DNA of 64,000 bases from Octopus vulgaris. Lineage: Eukaryota. The position numbers and the translations under genes are program-made. Positions 1 through 12,354 of the stretch are shown piece by piece (position 1 is the stretch's first letter; every line of letters starts with the position of its first letter). The notes under the pieces are model-generated. The model searched no databases, had not been told where the DNA came from, and was given only the letters and a program-made list of their open reading frames with translations. Location: the NCBI GenBank assembly GCA_951406725.2, contig OX597830.1:8866001-8930000 (forward strand), in the 5' to 3' direction.

Positions 1-236
1 TGCCCATACCTGCCCCCCCCTTTCTCTATCAACCTTTGTCTATCCCCCTCTCACCTCTGCCATCCTCCCCCTCTCTCTCTCCTTCCCATATCACTTTCCA
101 CCTTTCTTTTTCCTCCTTCTTTCGTTGTTCTCTCCTATTTAAGTGGAAAACCTTCAGAATTTGCCTACACGTTCGACAGTCGGTAGTTGTCATGCCTATA
201 TATACACACGTATGTATGCATGGATATATGTATATA

Positions 237-278
<42 letters not shown>

Positions 279-451
279 AAACATATATGGATATACACAC
301 ACACACACACACACACATTTAAACACACACATATATATATATGTATATATGTACATATATATACAGGTACACACATACATACATATGTACATACATATAT
401 AGATATATATATGAATACATATGTATATATATATAGATATATGTGTATATA

Positions 452-484
<33 letters not shown>

Positions 485-912
485 GCATATATATGTGTAT
501 ATACATATCTATATATATACACACATATATTTCTACGCACACACATATACACACATGTATATATATATATTTATATATATATACACACATACATTTCATA
601 CACACACACATATATATGTATGTGTATGCATGTATCATGTGACTATATGACGCCATAGCTCCAGTCTTACAATGTCCCATGTATTGTCGTAATCTCCACA
701 ATATATCTTTGTTCACTTCAATGCCATTTATAGAGGGCGCTGAGCTAAGTATGTATGTGTGTGTGTGGATGTGTGTGTAAACGTGCTTCTGTGTCTATCT
801 ATTATACGTCCTGAGTGCATTTATCTCTCTCTAGGTCTGTATGTTTGCCCGCACTAAGGCACAATTGGTAACGATTGTCAGTTTTCATATCTATTTTTGT
901 GTATCACTGAGT

Positions 913-951
<39 letters not shown>

Positions 952-1258
952 CACCCCCACACACCCACACACGCACACATACATACATACATACATACAT
1001 ACATACATACATACATACATACATACATACATACATACACACACACACGTATACCAAGTTTACCTGCGGGTGTTGATTGATTCAAGGCCCTAGTAAAAGG
1101 CACTGGTCCAAGCTGGGACTGAAACGGAAACCATGCGGCTGTAAAGCGAGTTTTTAACTACAGCTATGCTTACATATGTAAATAAAATCTTTCTATCTAT
1201 CTATCCATCCGTCCATCCATCCATCCATCCATCCATCCATCCATCCATCCATCCATCC

Positions 1259-1318
<60 letters not shown>

Positions 1319-1721
1319 CTTTACTACCCACAAGGGGCTAAACACAGAGAGGACAAACAAGGACAGACAAATGGATTAAGTCAATTATATCGACCCCAGT
1401 GCATAACTAGTACTTTATTTATCGACCCCGAAAGGATGCAAGGTAAAGTCGACCTCGGCAGAATTTGAACTCAGAACGTAAGGGAGACGAAATACGGCTA
1501 AGCATTTCGCCCGGCGTGCTAACGTTTCTGCCAGCTCGCCGCCTTAAGGCTGTTACGTTCTGAGTTCAAATTCAGCCGAGGTCGACTTTGCCTTTCATCC
1601 TTTCGGGGTCGATAAATTAAGTACCAGTTACGCACTGAGGTCGATGTACTCGACTTAATCCGTTTGTCTGTCCTTGTTTTTCCCCTCTGTGTTTAGCCCC
1701 TTGTGGGTAATAAAGAAACAG

Positions 1722-1772
<51 letters not shown>

Positions 1773-1798
1773 GATCTATCTATCTATCTATCTATCTA

Positions 1799-1833
<35 letters not shown>

Positions 1834-1976
1834 GCCTGAGTGACAATCTGATTCGCTCGCCCTTCCCCTCTCCTTCTCTGTATATATGTGCGTGTGTTTG
1901 TGCGCGCGCACGCGCGTGTGTGAGTGTGTGTGCGTGTGTGTATTTATATATGTCAATGAAATCCCAACTTAGTCTT

Positions 1977-2198
1977 ATTTCCACGTCTTATTATTTGCAA
2001 TTTTAACAATTTCTGAACTAAGCTAGTACTTTCATGCGTTACGCAATCATCAGGTTTATGTAGTGACCGGTTGTCACTTGCGGAACACGACTGTCACTAC
2101 ATAAACCTGACGATCGCGTAACGTATAAAAGTACTAGCTTATTTCAATATTGCAAAACTGTAAAATTATAAAAATTGCAAATAATAAAACATGGAAAT
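1977..2198. repeat. Imperfect inverted repeat carrying two opposed hammerheads
   Basis: Arms of about 90-105 bp with one indel, centred near 2080. Confidence 0.85.
2019..2058 (-). ncRNA. Minimal hammerhead in the left arm of an inverted repeat
   Basis: The minus strand reads TAAAC-CTGATGA-TTGCG(TAA)CGCAT-GAAA-GTAC-TA-GCTTA. A mirrored, more decayed copy lies at 2102-2141 (+). Confidence 0.65.
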
Positions 2199-2267
2199 CA
2201 GAATTGGAATTTCATTATTTGGAATTTCATTATTTAATATATTGTTCTATACTTAATCGTGCAAGTT

Positions 2268-2340
<73 letters not shown>

Positions 2341-2409
2341 TTGTGTGTGTGTGTGTCGTCTTCTAAATGTTTCACGTTCTTGTCCCGTTTGTATTTATTT
2401 TTTTACTTT

Positions 2410-2459
<50 letters not shown>

Positions 2460-2548
2460 AGAGTGAACAGCTCTATGTACTATGCTGGATACATTTGGTG
2501 TTCGTCTGGTATGTTGATTTTTTGTTCATTTTTATCTCTCTTGATTAT

Positions 2549-2611
2549 GCCTGCACTGACGATTAGAACGTGTATTTTGTACACTAACTATGAAATTATA
2601 TGATTTGCGGC
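2549..2611 (+). ncRNA. Hammerhead-like motif in a TA-flanked insert
   Basis: GCCTGCA-CTGACGA-TTAG...GTGTA(TTTTG)TACAC...CTAT-GAAA-TTATATGA-TT-TGCGGC; stems imperfect. Confidence 0.5.
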
Positions 2612-2883
2612 TGAATCTATTTTTAAGAGTACGCTTCATGTGTTGCATATATATATATATATATATTGAGGATGGGAGACTTCGAATGGCCCGTCCTTGT
2701 TTTCTTTGTATCGTCTATATGGATGTTTTGTTGTCCCTTTTTGTATCACCTAGTTGTCCGGATGTCTTGCGTTCTTGTCCCATTTTGTATTTTATATATA
2801 TATATATATATATACACATATATCGCTATGATAGATCGCTAGCTACTGAACCTGTTGTATTTTCTCTGTTTATTTCTGTGTTC

Positions 2884-2919
2884 CTTTAGGTCGAAGAGCG
2901 TAGGCTCGAAACGTAAAAG
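2884..2919 (+). ncRNA. Decayed minimal hammerhead
   Basis: CTTT-AGGTCGA-A-GAGC(GTAG)GCTC-GAAACGTA-AAAG. Stems are intact, the 5' half of the core is mutated, and the layout matches 11920-11954. Confidence 0.4.
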
Positions 2920-3904
2920 ACTTTCTAACTTCCCGAGCGGCGTTAAACTAATACATCTCTTTGTTGTTTACACGCCCGTCTTCGTCTTTTGTTTTTTGTA
3001 AATTCTCACAATATATATATATATATATACAATATTGAACTATATGTATGTGTGTGTGTGTGTGTGTGTGTTTATGTATGTATGTGTATATATATGGGCT
3101 TCTGCTCAGTCCTCGCCTATCAGATTCATTCACAAGATACTGATCGACTCGGTTTTTTACACATAGTAAAAATCTCTCCGCAGTGAATTTGTTTCTCCAA
3201 GATGTATTTCAAAACATGTGTAGAAGAGTCAACTTGTTTATTGAAAATTAAGGACGACACTTTCAACACCACTTATAAAGTTTCTTAAAGTTTTGTAAAG
3301 TCTAATGTATTCTTTTGTAGTCTTATACTATCTTATAAATATATATATATATATTTTTTTTTTGCAATAAGATACTGCGGAGAGACTTTTTGAACACCCT
3401 ATAGAAAACAAAACAGTCCGATTTGGTATTGATCCTCATTCTCTCGATGTTGCCACACTGCTGCTCTGTAGAGTGTGTACCTGCTAAGGTGTCACGGCGC
3501 AAACAATTTGATTGTGCATCCAATTATACTCCGCAAAAGAATACTTGCATATAGAAAGAATATGTTTTAACGATGCTATAAACATGGACGAAAGGTAATC
3601 AGCGACACCGTCTGACACTGACCGGAAACGGAAGTATATTGTACACATCGGCTGGCTCTAATTTTCGTAACATTCTGCATGGTAACATTTTGTTCACCTG
3701 TCTTTCATATTTGGCATCGAGGTTTCCAATTCTACTGTTTTGGTTTTGCAACTATTCTCTTTATTTGGAAGAAACTCTTTGGTTACAACGTCTCGTGTGC
3801 TTCTGTTATCCTTGAGGGATAACAATTTTTCCTGCCCTGCAGTACCTATCGCCTACGACAACCATTACGACTATTATACTAATAGTACACACACACGCAC
3901 AATA

Positions 3905-3942
<38 letters not shown>

Positions 3943-4851
3943 CTATCACACATACATCCACATACATATATGCTTAATAATCATCCTTTCTAGTATCAGC
4001 ACAAGGCCTGAAATTTTAGGGGAGGGGGACTAGTCGATTACATCGACCCCAGTATTCAACCGGTATTTATTTTATGGGTGCCCAATAAGATGAAAGGTAA
4101 AGTCGATCTCGGTGGTGTTTGAACTCACCACGTAAAGATGCGGAAACATGCACCGCATTGCATTTTTATCCGATGCTCTAACGATTGCACCAATCCATCG
4201 CTGATAATGGCTTCAAATTTTCGCAGAAGGACACACCAATTTCGGGAAAGTGGGTAAGTCGATTAAATTAACCCCATTGATCAACAGAACCTTATTTTAT
4301 CGACACCCGAAAGGATAAAAGGCAATATCGAACCCCACCGGAATTTGAACTCAAAACGTGAAGACGGGCGAAATATCGCTAAGTATTTTGTCCAGCGTGC
4401 AAACGATGTTGCTGGCTCACCACTCGGCATCACCTTTCTAACAACTGTCAGTATAAACATACTCCAATTGTACCCTTCCAATATATCCATCCCATATCCA
4501 CCCGGAATACAGACCCGCCTCCCCTCATTAATCAGTAATCCTTCTCAGACATAACTAACATCTGTTCGCTATTGTCACAGACACGCACCCTGTTTCTACC
4601 CAAGTATTAACCATCATAACACCGCGTATTTACGTCTCTTTAGACGTGATAAACAGTTAATCATTTTAGTTAAAGCCACCCGAATGGCCACCCGATTTAT
4701 TAAAAATATCTCACCTAGAATATCAGTGGGTTTTATCGCTACTTTGGTTGTTAAAGCACGTGTGTAGAGATAGTATATATATATGCATATATACATATAT
4801 ATATGGTACACCAGCGATTATAATTAATTTTATAGTATCGCATATAATTTT

Positions 4852-4923
<72 letters not shown>

Positions 4924-5443
4924 GGAGAGAGAGAGAAAATAGAAAAGAGTGAAAAAACTACAGAAGGCTTGTTTTATAAGGTTAAAGAATATATTTAAGT
5001 CGTTATGTTTCACACACCAACTTTCTCACCTATATATATATATATATATGCATACACACACATACACACATATATATGTATATGTATGCGTGTACACGCA
5101 TGCGTCTATGAATATGGATGCATGCTTGTATATGCATATAGACACGCATGCATGTACTGCGTATGCATGTATATAAATACATACGAACACACACACACAC
5201 ACACACACACACATATTATTTAAATAGTTTGATTCGGTTCCATGTGACTTAAAGTTTCCCAAGCTTCTTACAAAAGCCTAGCTCGTTCACGCTCAGATTA
5301 TATATATAAATGTTTGGTTTACAATGATTTCTTTATTCAGTTATAATAATAATTTTACATTAATCTGATGGGTTACCCTATACTTTTGTGGAATACAAAT
5401 TTCATCTTCTTAAACACTGACTTCGAAATTTCGGCCAGTTAAG

Positions 5444-5490
<47 letters not shown>

Positions 5491-5807
5491 TATGGAACAG
5501 GGCCGGAGATTTTCGACAAGGGTGCCAGTCGATTATTAAATAAGATAACTTTGGCTTATTTTATCGAGCTAAAGAGATGAAAACCAAATTTTTATCTCAG
5601 GACCCCAGCGCGATTTGAACTCACCGTACAAGCTTGGGAGAAATACTATAACGTTCAAACGGTACTGCCAATCAACCCCCTTACATATAAATATGGGTTC
5701 TGTCCCACTGCGTGGCACATTGGGTAAGTGTCTTCTACTATAGCCTTGGGCCGACCAGAGTTTTGCGAATGGATTTGGCAGACGGAAACTGAAAGAAGCC
5801 TGTCGTA

Positions 5808-5870
<63 letters not shown>

Positions 5871-5885
5871 ATATATATATATATA

Positions 5886-5990
<105 letters not shown>

Positions 5991-6413
5991 GTATGTATTT
6001 GTGTATGTGTGTGTATGAGAGCGAGAGGAGGGGAAAAGAGGGCAGAGCGTAACTTGATGGACATTGACCAGCAAATGCTGGTAGTTGAGTCCGTGACTAG
6101 AAGTCGACATCTAAGACGGCTTTCCTTGAACAGGTTTATAGTTTCGTGGATACGTAACCTCCTGGTCAGCCATTCGTACAGCTTAACAAAATAATGGCTA
6201 TTCACACATGCAATGTGCCTTACTCGTTATTGCTGTTGGCATTGGCGTTTGTTTTTATTATCGGAACAACAACGGAGGATGTGGTAGTTGTAGTTAATAT
6301 GTTACGATGGTTTCCGAAACCTGAGTAAATATTTGGCAGCCCGCATTCGATTCAGCGTATCTGTATTTAACACGAGAGATTAGATAACAGTGAGAGGGAG
6401 AGGGAGAGACGGT

Positions 6414-6458
<45 letters not shown>

Positions 6459-6641
6459 GCAGATAAGGAGATAGAGTGAAAGAGGGTGAGAGTGTGAGAG
6501 AAGTGAAAGGTTGTGTTGAGTGTTTGCGATGTTAACTGACAGCTTGACAAGTTGGCCGAAAGTATACGACTATACGTCAATTGGAGAATGTACACTCGCA
6601 CACATGTATACAGAAATACGTACGCATACTTATACATACTT

Positions 6642-6685
<44 letters not shown>

Positions 6686-6909
6686 GTATATGTTTGTATG
6701 TATATATATATATATATATTCATACTCTTTTACTGGTTTCAGTCATTTGACTGCGGCCATGCTGGAGCACCACCTTTAGTCGAGCAAATCGACCCCAGGA
6801 CTTATTCTTTGTAAGCCTAGTATTTATTCTATCGGTCTATTTTGCCGAACCGCTAAGTTACGGGGGCGTAAGCACACTAGCATCGGTTGTCAAGCGATGT
6901 TAGGGGGAA

Positions 6910-6965
<56 letters not shown>

Positions 6966-7551
6966 CATATACATATATACGACGGGCTTCTTTCAGTTTC
7001 CATCTACCAAATCCACTCACAAGCTTTGGTCGGCCCGAGGCTATAGTAGAAGACACTTGTCCAAGGTGCCACGTAGTGGGACTGAACCCGGAACCATGTG
7101 GTTCGTAAGAAAATTTCCTGGGTTTAGATAAAAAAAAATACAGGAGGATTAGTTAATTATGAGTTTACCCAAGAATCCCAGTTATTGCTGCAGTCCTTCA
7201 GTTTTTCTAAGCCCTGTAAAAGAACAGGGAAGGTTGGGCCTCTAAACAGGCTTTTCGCGAAACCCTCATTGTCAGGAGCTTTTCAGTACACCCTTGTATG
7301 GATATATGTGTGCATGTTTTCTTGTATCTGTATATAAATCTATATATCTGTATGGCTAAGTGGTAAGAAGTTTGTTTTTCAACCACATGGTTCCGGGTTC
7401 AGTCCCACAGTATGGCACCTTGGGCAAGAGTCTTCTATTATAGCCCCGGGCCGACCAAAGCCCTGTGAATGAATTTGATTGGTTTCCTAGATAGTATGTT
7501 ATTAGATTATATTATCAATGCTTGTCAAATTTTAAGTACCTCTACTAAACG

Positions 7552-8340
7552 TTCTGTTGTGTCTGGGGAAAGTCATTTTCTTTTTGAGCCTTATAATTTA
7601 ACACACTCACCAGTAAAATTTCCACTTATTCCTTATTTTTATTTTCCCAAACTTTTCGTTGCCTCTTGCAGCGTTTTCAATAGTTTTGACTCTGTCCGTT
7701 ATTTCAAGACTATTGCAAAGGTTGCAAGACGCAACGAAAATTTTAGGAAAATAAAAATAAGGAATAAGTGGAAATTTTACTGGTGAGTGTGTTAAATTAT
7801 AAGGCTCAAAAAGAAAATGACTCTCCCCGAACACAACAGAATGTGCTTCAACGCACAAACTCACATAAAGAATATTGCAAACCAAATCCAAAAACAAAAT
7901 CTACTAAAAATATTATCTGTATAAGTAGTGATGCTTCATGTCTTCTATTTAAGATGTTATCAATAATTTGGTATTTTTCGGCAATACAAGAGTTACATTT
8001 ATAAACTTCATTTATGCATAATAAAGCCATTTTATTTATACTCCATATTATTGCAACATTGTTAATGCTTCTACTTTTGAGTTTCCAAATGTATTAAGAC
8101 AATTATGTTGATCTGAATCTCAGTTAGGATTTGAAAGAGTATGTGCTGTGTGCACTCGGTTTGGATGATGTTCTCGTTTGCCCAATATATACCGTTTCAG
8201 TACCAACTGCTGTTGTTTTCGTTTCTTTATTGAAGTTCGTCAGACTGGCGATGCGTTTTGTTTGGAGAGTTTAATGTTTTTCTGAAGGCACATTAAACTT
8301 TTGGAGGCAGAGAATTATTTTGGAGCTTTAGGTATTGATA
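7552..8340 (-). mobile_element. Penelope-like element 3' fragment with an inverted terminal segment
   Basis: Minus-strand CNSCIAEKYQI..ILNRRHE (PLE endonuclease C-terminus, 7848-8030) abuts an inverted repeat with ~138-bp arms (7552-7841). Confidence 0.65.
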
Positions 8341-8861
8341 GAGAGATTTGAGTGACCATATTGTCGAAGAAGCTCCTGTTCGGCTTTACACGTCATCACC
8401 GCCACACCACACAAATACAACTCCCCACCACCATCATTATCATCATCACCACCACTACCACCACCATTGTAATCATTATCACCAACATCATCATTGTCAT
8501 CATCATCACCAGTATCTTCATTATCGTCGTTGCCGTCATCGGCGTTGTCATCGTCCTCCTCCTCGACGTCGTCATCGACCTCCTCCTCCTCATCATTATG
8601 GTCATCGCTATTGGCGTCGTCATCATCATGAACATGATCATGTCTATGATCAACATCCCCCTCCTCCTCGTCATTGTTTACATCATCAGCATCATCATCG
8701 TTGTCATCATCATCGTCATCATCATCATCATCATCGTCGTCATCATTATCATCATCATCATCACCGCTGTTAATATCACACCTACCCGTTTGTTTAGAGC
8801 GGGCTTTCTTACTCGCTTAACAAATGACCACAGCTTGCGAACACATGCACACACATACACA

Positions 8862-9046
8862 CAAACGCGCGTGCACGCATACACACTTACATACACACAC
8901 AAATACACACTTATACACACACACACACACACATCTCCATGGCAAACTGATACAAACGCGCGTGCACGCATACACACTTACATACACACACAAATACACA
9001 CTTATACACACACACACACACATCTCCATGGCAAACTGATACAAAT
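8862..9046 (+). repeat. Direct tandem duplication of ~90 bp
   Basis: CAAACGCGCGTGCACGCATAC...CATCTCCATGGCAAACTGATA occurs twice. Confidence 0.85.
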
Positions 9047-10251
9047 ACATACATTGCCGCCCTCTCCCTCCAAATGTGCTTCTCTGTTCCATCACCCACC
9101 CCCAACTGAAGGTTAAATCACTAAACTCTACCCGTATTCAGGAATCAGCTGACAGACATCGGGGTATGGCGGGTGGGGGTGGGACAATACACACCTTAGA
9201 CTCGTATATTCTTATCGTTTCACACCTCATCTTCTAGTTTTCCAATCCTACCCCTTCCTCCTCCTCTTTATTATGATCGTCATCACCACCACCACCACCA
9301 CCGTCATCGTCGTCGCCATCATCATCATCATCATCATCAACACCATCTTCAACGTTGTCGTTGTCGTCGTCGTCAACGAAGTCATCATCGCTTGCACCCC
9401 ACCACCACCACCATCACATCCTCTCCGTCCTCCTCCCCCTCGTCCTCCTCATCATCATCATCGACATTGTCGTCGTCGTCGTTTTACTCCGCTCTCTTCC
9501 CCCCTCTTCTCCATATCATAGACTTTATCATCATTATCATTATCGCTATCTTTCTATACATTTTCGTCATCATCAGTATCATCCACCTCTTCCTCCCCCT
9601 CCTCCACATCATCATTATCATTATCATCATCATCATCACGATAGGAGTAACAGTAATCCGTACTGCTATAGGCAAAAGGCGTGGCATTTCGGGGCGGAGG
9701 TTAAGTCAATTACATCGGTCCCCAGTACGTAACTGGTACTCATTTTATCGATCCCGAAGGGATGAAAGGAAAAGTCGACCTGAATATGACTTCAGAACGT
9801 AAAGACGCTTGGCATTTCGTCCCGCAGCGCTAACGATACTGCCAGCTCAACACCTTAACAACAACAACAACAATAAGAAGAAGAACAACAACAAGAAATT
9901 TTGGCACAAAGCCAGCAATAGCATTTCGGCAATAGAGACCGATAGAGTAAGTACTAGGCTTACAAAGAATTCGTGCTGGAGTCGATTTGTTCGACTAAAG
10001 GTGATGCCCCAGCATGGCCGCAGTCAAATGACTGAAACAAGTTAAAAATGAAAGTAAAAGAATATGTATATATCTTATTAATTAATTATAATTATGCTGC
10101 ATTTATTTCTAAATGCTGTATTTGTTTTCCGTGAAAGTTTGGCGCGCTGTTGGTTGGGGCATTTGAATTATAACGTCGGATGTAATCAATTGAACCACAC
10201 GCGTATTTATCGTTATGGTAAAATCTGGCGTGTGATTGAGTGGATTTCATC

Positions 10252-10348
10252 CAGATAGTTTTGGCTGACGAGCTACAAATGGATTTTTTTTGTAAGTAAA
10301 ATTACATTTAATTCATTAATAGCGAAACAATTGTCCCAAAATAATCTG
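10252..10348 (+). ncRNA. Type I hammerhead ribozyme, copy 1
   Basis: Stem I CAGATAGTTTTGG/CCAAAATAATCTG; core CTGACGA (10265-10271); stem II closed by GCTA/TAGC; GAAA; palindromic stem III ACAATTGT; GUC cleavage triplet (predicted cut after 10335). Confidence 0.88.
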
Positions 10349-10787
10349 TATTTTTGTTATTTTTTATTTGCCCTGTCCGTGTGAGCTAACAATCGTACTG
10401 ACTTTCATGGGAAACATGTATTTTCGTGGTTGAAACCTTTTGGATTAACTGGTGCTAGAGTGAGCAATATAGTGACCACTCTCTTATATTTATTTTGTAA
10501 AAATATTATAATATGTTATAAAATATTATAATAATCCAGGTTTCTCGGAGCACTAGGCCACTTGGTGTTGAATAAATATACTATTAAATTAGTATCTAAT
10601 TCTCTCACCCTTATTAATTAATTATAATTATGCTGCATTTATTTCTAAATGCTGTATTTGTTTTCCGTGAAAGTTTGGCGCGCTGTTGGTTGGGGCATTT
10701 GAATTATAACGTCGGATGTAATCAATTGAACCACACGCGTATTTATCGTTATGGTAAAATCTGGCGTGTGATTGAGTGGATTTCATC

Positions 10788-10884
10788 CAGATAGTTTTGG
10801 CTGACGAGCTACAAATGGATTTTTTTTGTAAGTAAAATTACATTTAATTCATTAATAGCGAAACAATTGTCCCAAAATAATCTG
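10788..10884 (+). ncRNA. Type I hammerhead ribozyme, copy 2
   Basis: Identical to copy 1; core at 10801, predicted cut after 10871. Confidence 0.88.
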
Positions 10885-11323
10885 TATTTTTGTTATTTTT
10901 TATTTGCCCTGTCCGTGTGAGCTAACAATCGTACTGACTTTCATGGGAAACATGTATTTTCGTGGTTGAAACCTTTTGGATTAACTGGTGCTAGAGTGAG
11001 CAATATAGTGACCACTCTCTTATATTTATTTTGTAAAAATATTATAATATGTTATAAAATATTATAATAATCCAGGTTTCTCGGAGCACTAGGCCACTTG
11101 GTGTTGAATAAATATACTATTAAATTAGTATCTAATTCTCTCACCCTTATTAATTAATTATAATTATGCTGCATTTATTTCTAAATGCTGTATTTGTTTT
11201 CCGTGAAAGTTTGGCGCGCTGTTGGTTGGGGCATTTGAATTATAACGTCGGATGTAATCAATTGAACCACACGCGTATTTATCGTTATGGTAAAATCTGG
11301 CGTGTGATTGAGTGGATTTCATC

Positions 11324-11420
11324 CAGATAGTTTTGGCTGACGAGCTACAAATGGATTTTTTTTGTAAGTAAAATTACATTTAATTCATTAATAGCGAAAC
11401 AATTGTCCCAAAATAATCTG
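11324..11420 (+). ncRNA. Type I hammerhead ribozyme, copy 3
   Basis: Identical to copy 1; core at 11337, predicted cut after 11407. Confidence 0.88.
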
Positions 11421-11562
11421 TATTTTTGTTATTTTTTATTTGCCCTGTCCGTGTGAGCTAACAATCGTACTGACTTTCATGGGAAACATGTATTTTCGTG
11501 GTTGAAATCTTTTGGATTAACTGGTGCTAGAGTGAGCAATATAGTGACCACTCTCTTATATT

Positions 11563-11594
<32 letters not shown>

Positions 11595-11787
11595 TCTTTT
11601 ATTTGTTTTAGTCATTTAACTGCGGCCATAGTGGAGCTTTTAGTCGAACAAATCAACCCCAGGACTTATTCTTTGTAAGCCTAGTACTTATTCTGTCGGT
11701 CTCTATTGCCGAACTGCTTAGTTACGTGGACGTAAACACACCAAAATCGGTTGCCAAGTGATAGTGGAGGGACAAACACACACACAC

Positions 11788-11849
<62 letters not shown>

Positions 11850-11919
11850 GTGACCTCTTGAGTACCACAAACGATTTTTTTCCTCTGTCTTCCCTTCTGG
11901 GGATCTTTCCTTCTCCTAT

Positions 11920-11954
11920 GTTTCCGACGAAGAGCTCCGCTCGAAACGTTAAAC
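11920..11954 (+). ncRNA. Minimal hammerhead (U4C core variant) in a TA-flanked PLE-type terminal repeat (11850-12052)
   Basis: GTTT-CCGACGA-A-GAGC(TCC)GCTC-GAAACGTT-AAAC, with a 4-bp stem I and a zero-loop palindromic stem III. Confidence 0.62.
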
Positions 11955-12048
11955 CCTCCTTCTTCCCTTCTTTCCTGAGCGTCCAATAATACTTTATTTG
12001 TTCCACGTCCTTGCGTTGTTGTGTTTTTTTGTTTTCTTGTTTGGATTT

Positions 12049-12098
<50 letters not shown>

Positions 12099-12103
<5 letters not shown>

Positions 12104-12300
12104 CGTAAGGGGGATCAGCCATCTGAATGTGGCTAGGGACAGGGCGGGGTGGTGGGGGTGTTACTGATGCTTTTAGCCCCAGGCGATCATCAACGTCACC
12201 AGAAGGACATGATCGCCTGGGGCTAAAAGCATCAGTAACACCCCCACCACCCCGCCCTGTCCCTAGCCACATTCAGATGGCTGATCCCCCTTACGTTATA
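12099..12300. repeat. Perfect inverted repeat, 92-bp arms, 18-nt spacer
   Basis: 12099-12190 is the exact reverse complement of 12209-12300. Confidence 0.95.
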
Positions 12301-12354
12301 GAGCAGTTACTGTTTATATCTCGTTCAGAGATTTATTATTGTTATATATATATA

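Larger units (their letters stand above)
10074..11568 (+). repeat. 536-bp tandem array (~2.8 copies), one hammerhead per unit; retrozyme-like or tandem PLE pLTR
   Basis: Units start at 10074, 10610 and 11146 and are essentially identical (one C>T seen in copy 3). No ORF of 60 aa or more in the track. Flanked by TA runs. Confidence 0.93.

Noticed and set aside
10395-10425. Possible second hammerhead per unit (CTGACTT...GAAACATGTA)
   Set aside because: It lacks G8/A9 and has no convincing stem I or II.
10074-11568. CRISPR array or tandem gene interpretation of the 536-bp repeat
   Set aside because: There are no unique spacers and no ORF, and the context is eukaryotic.
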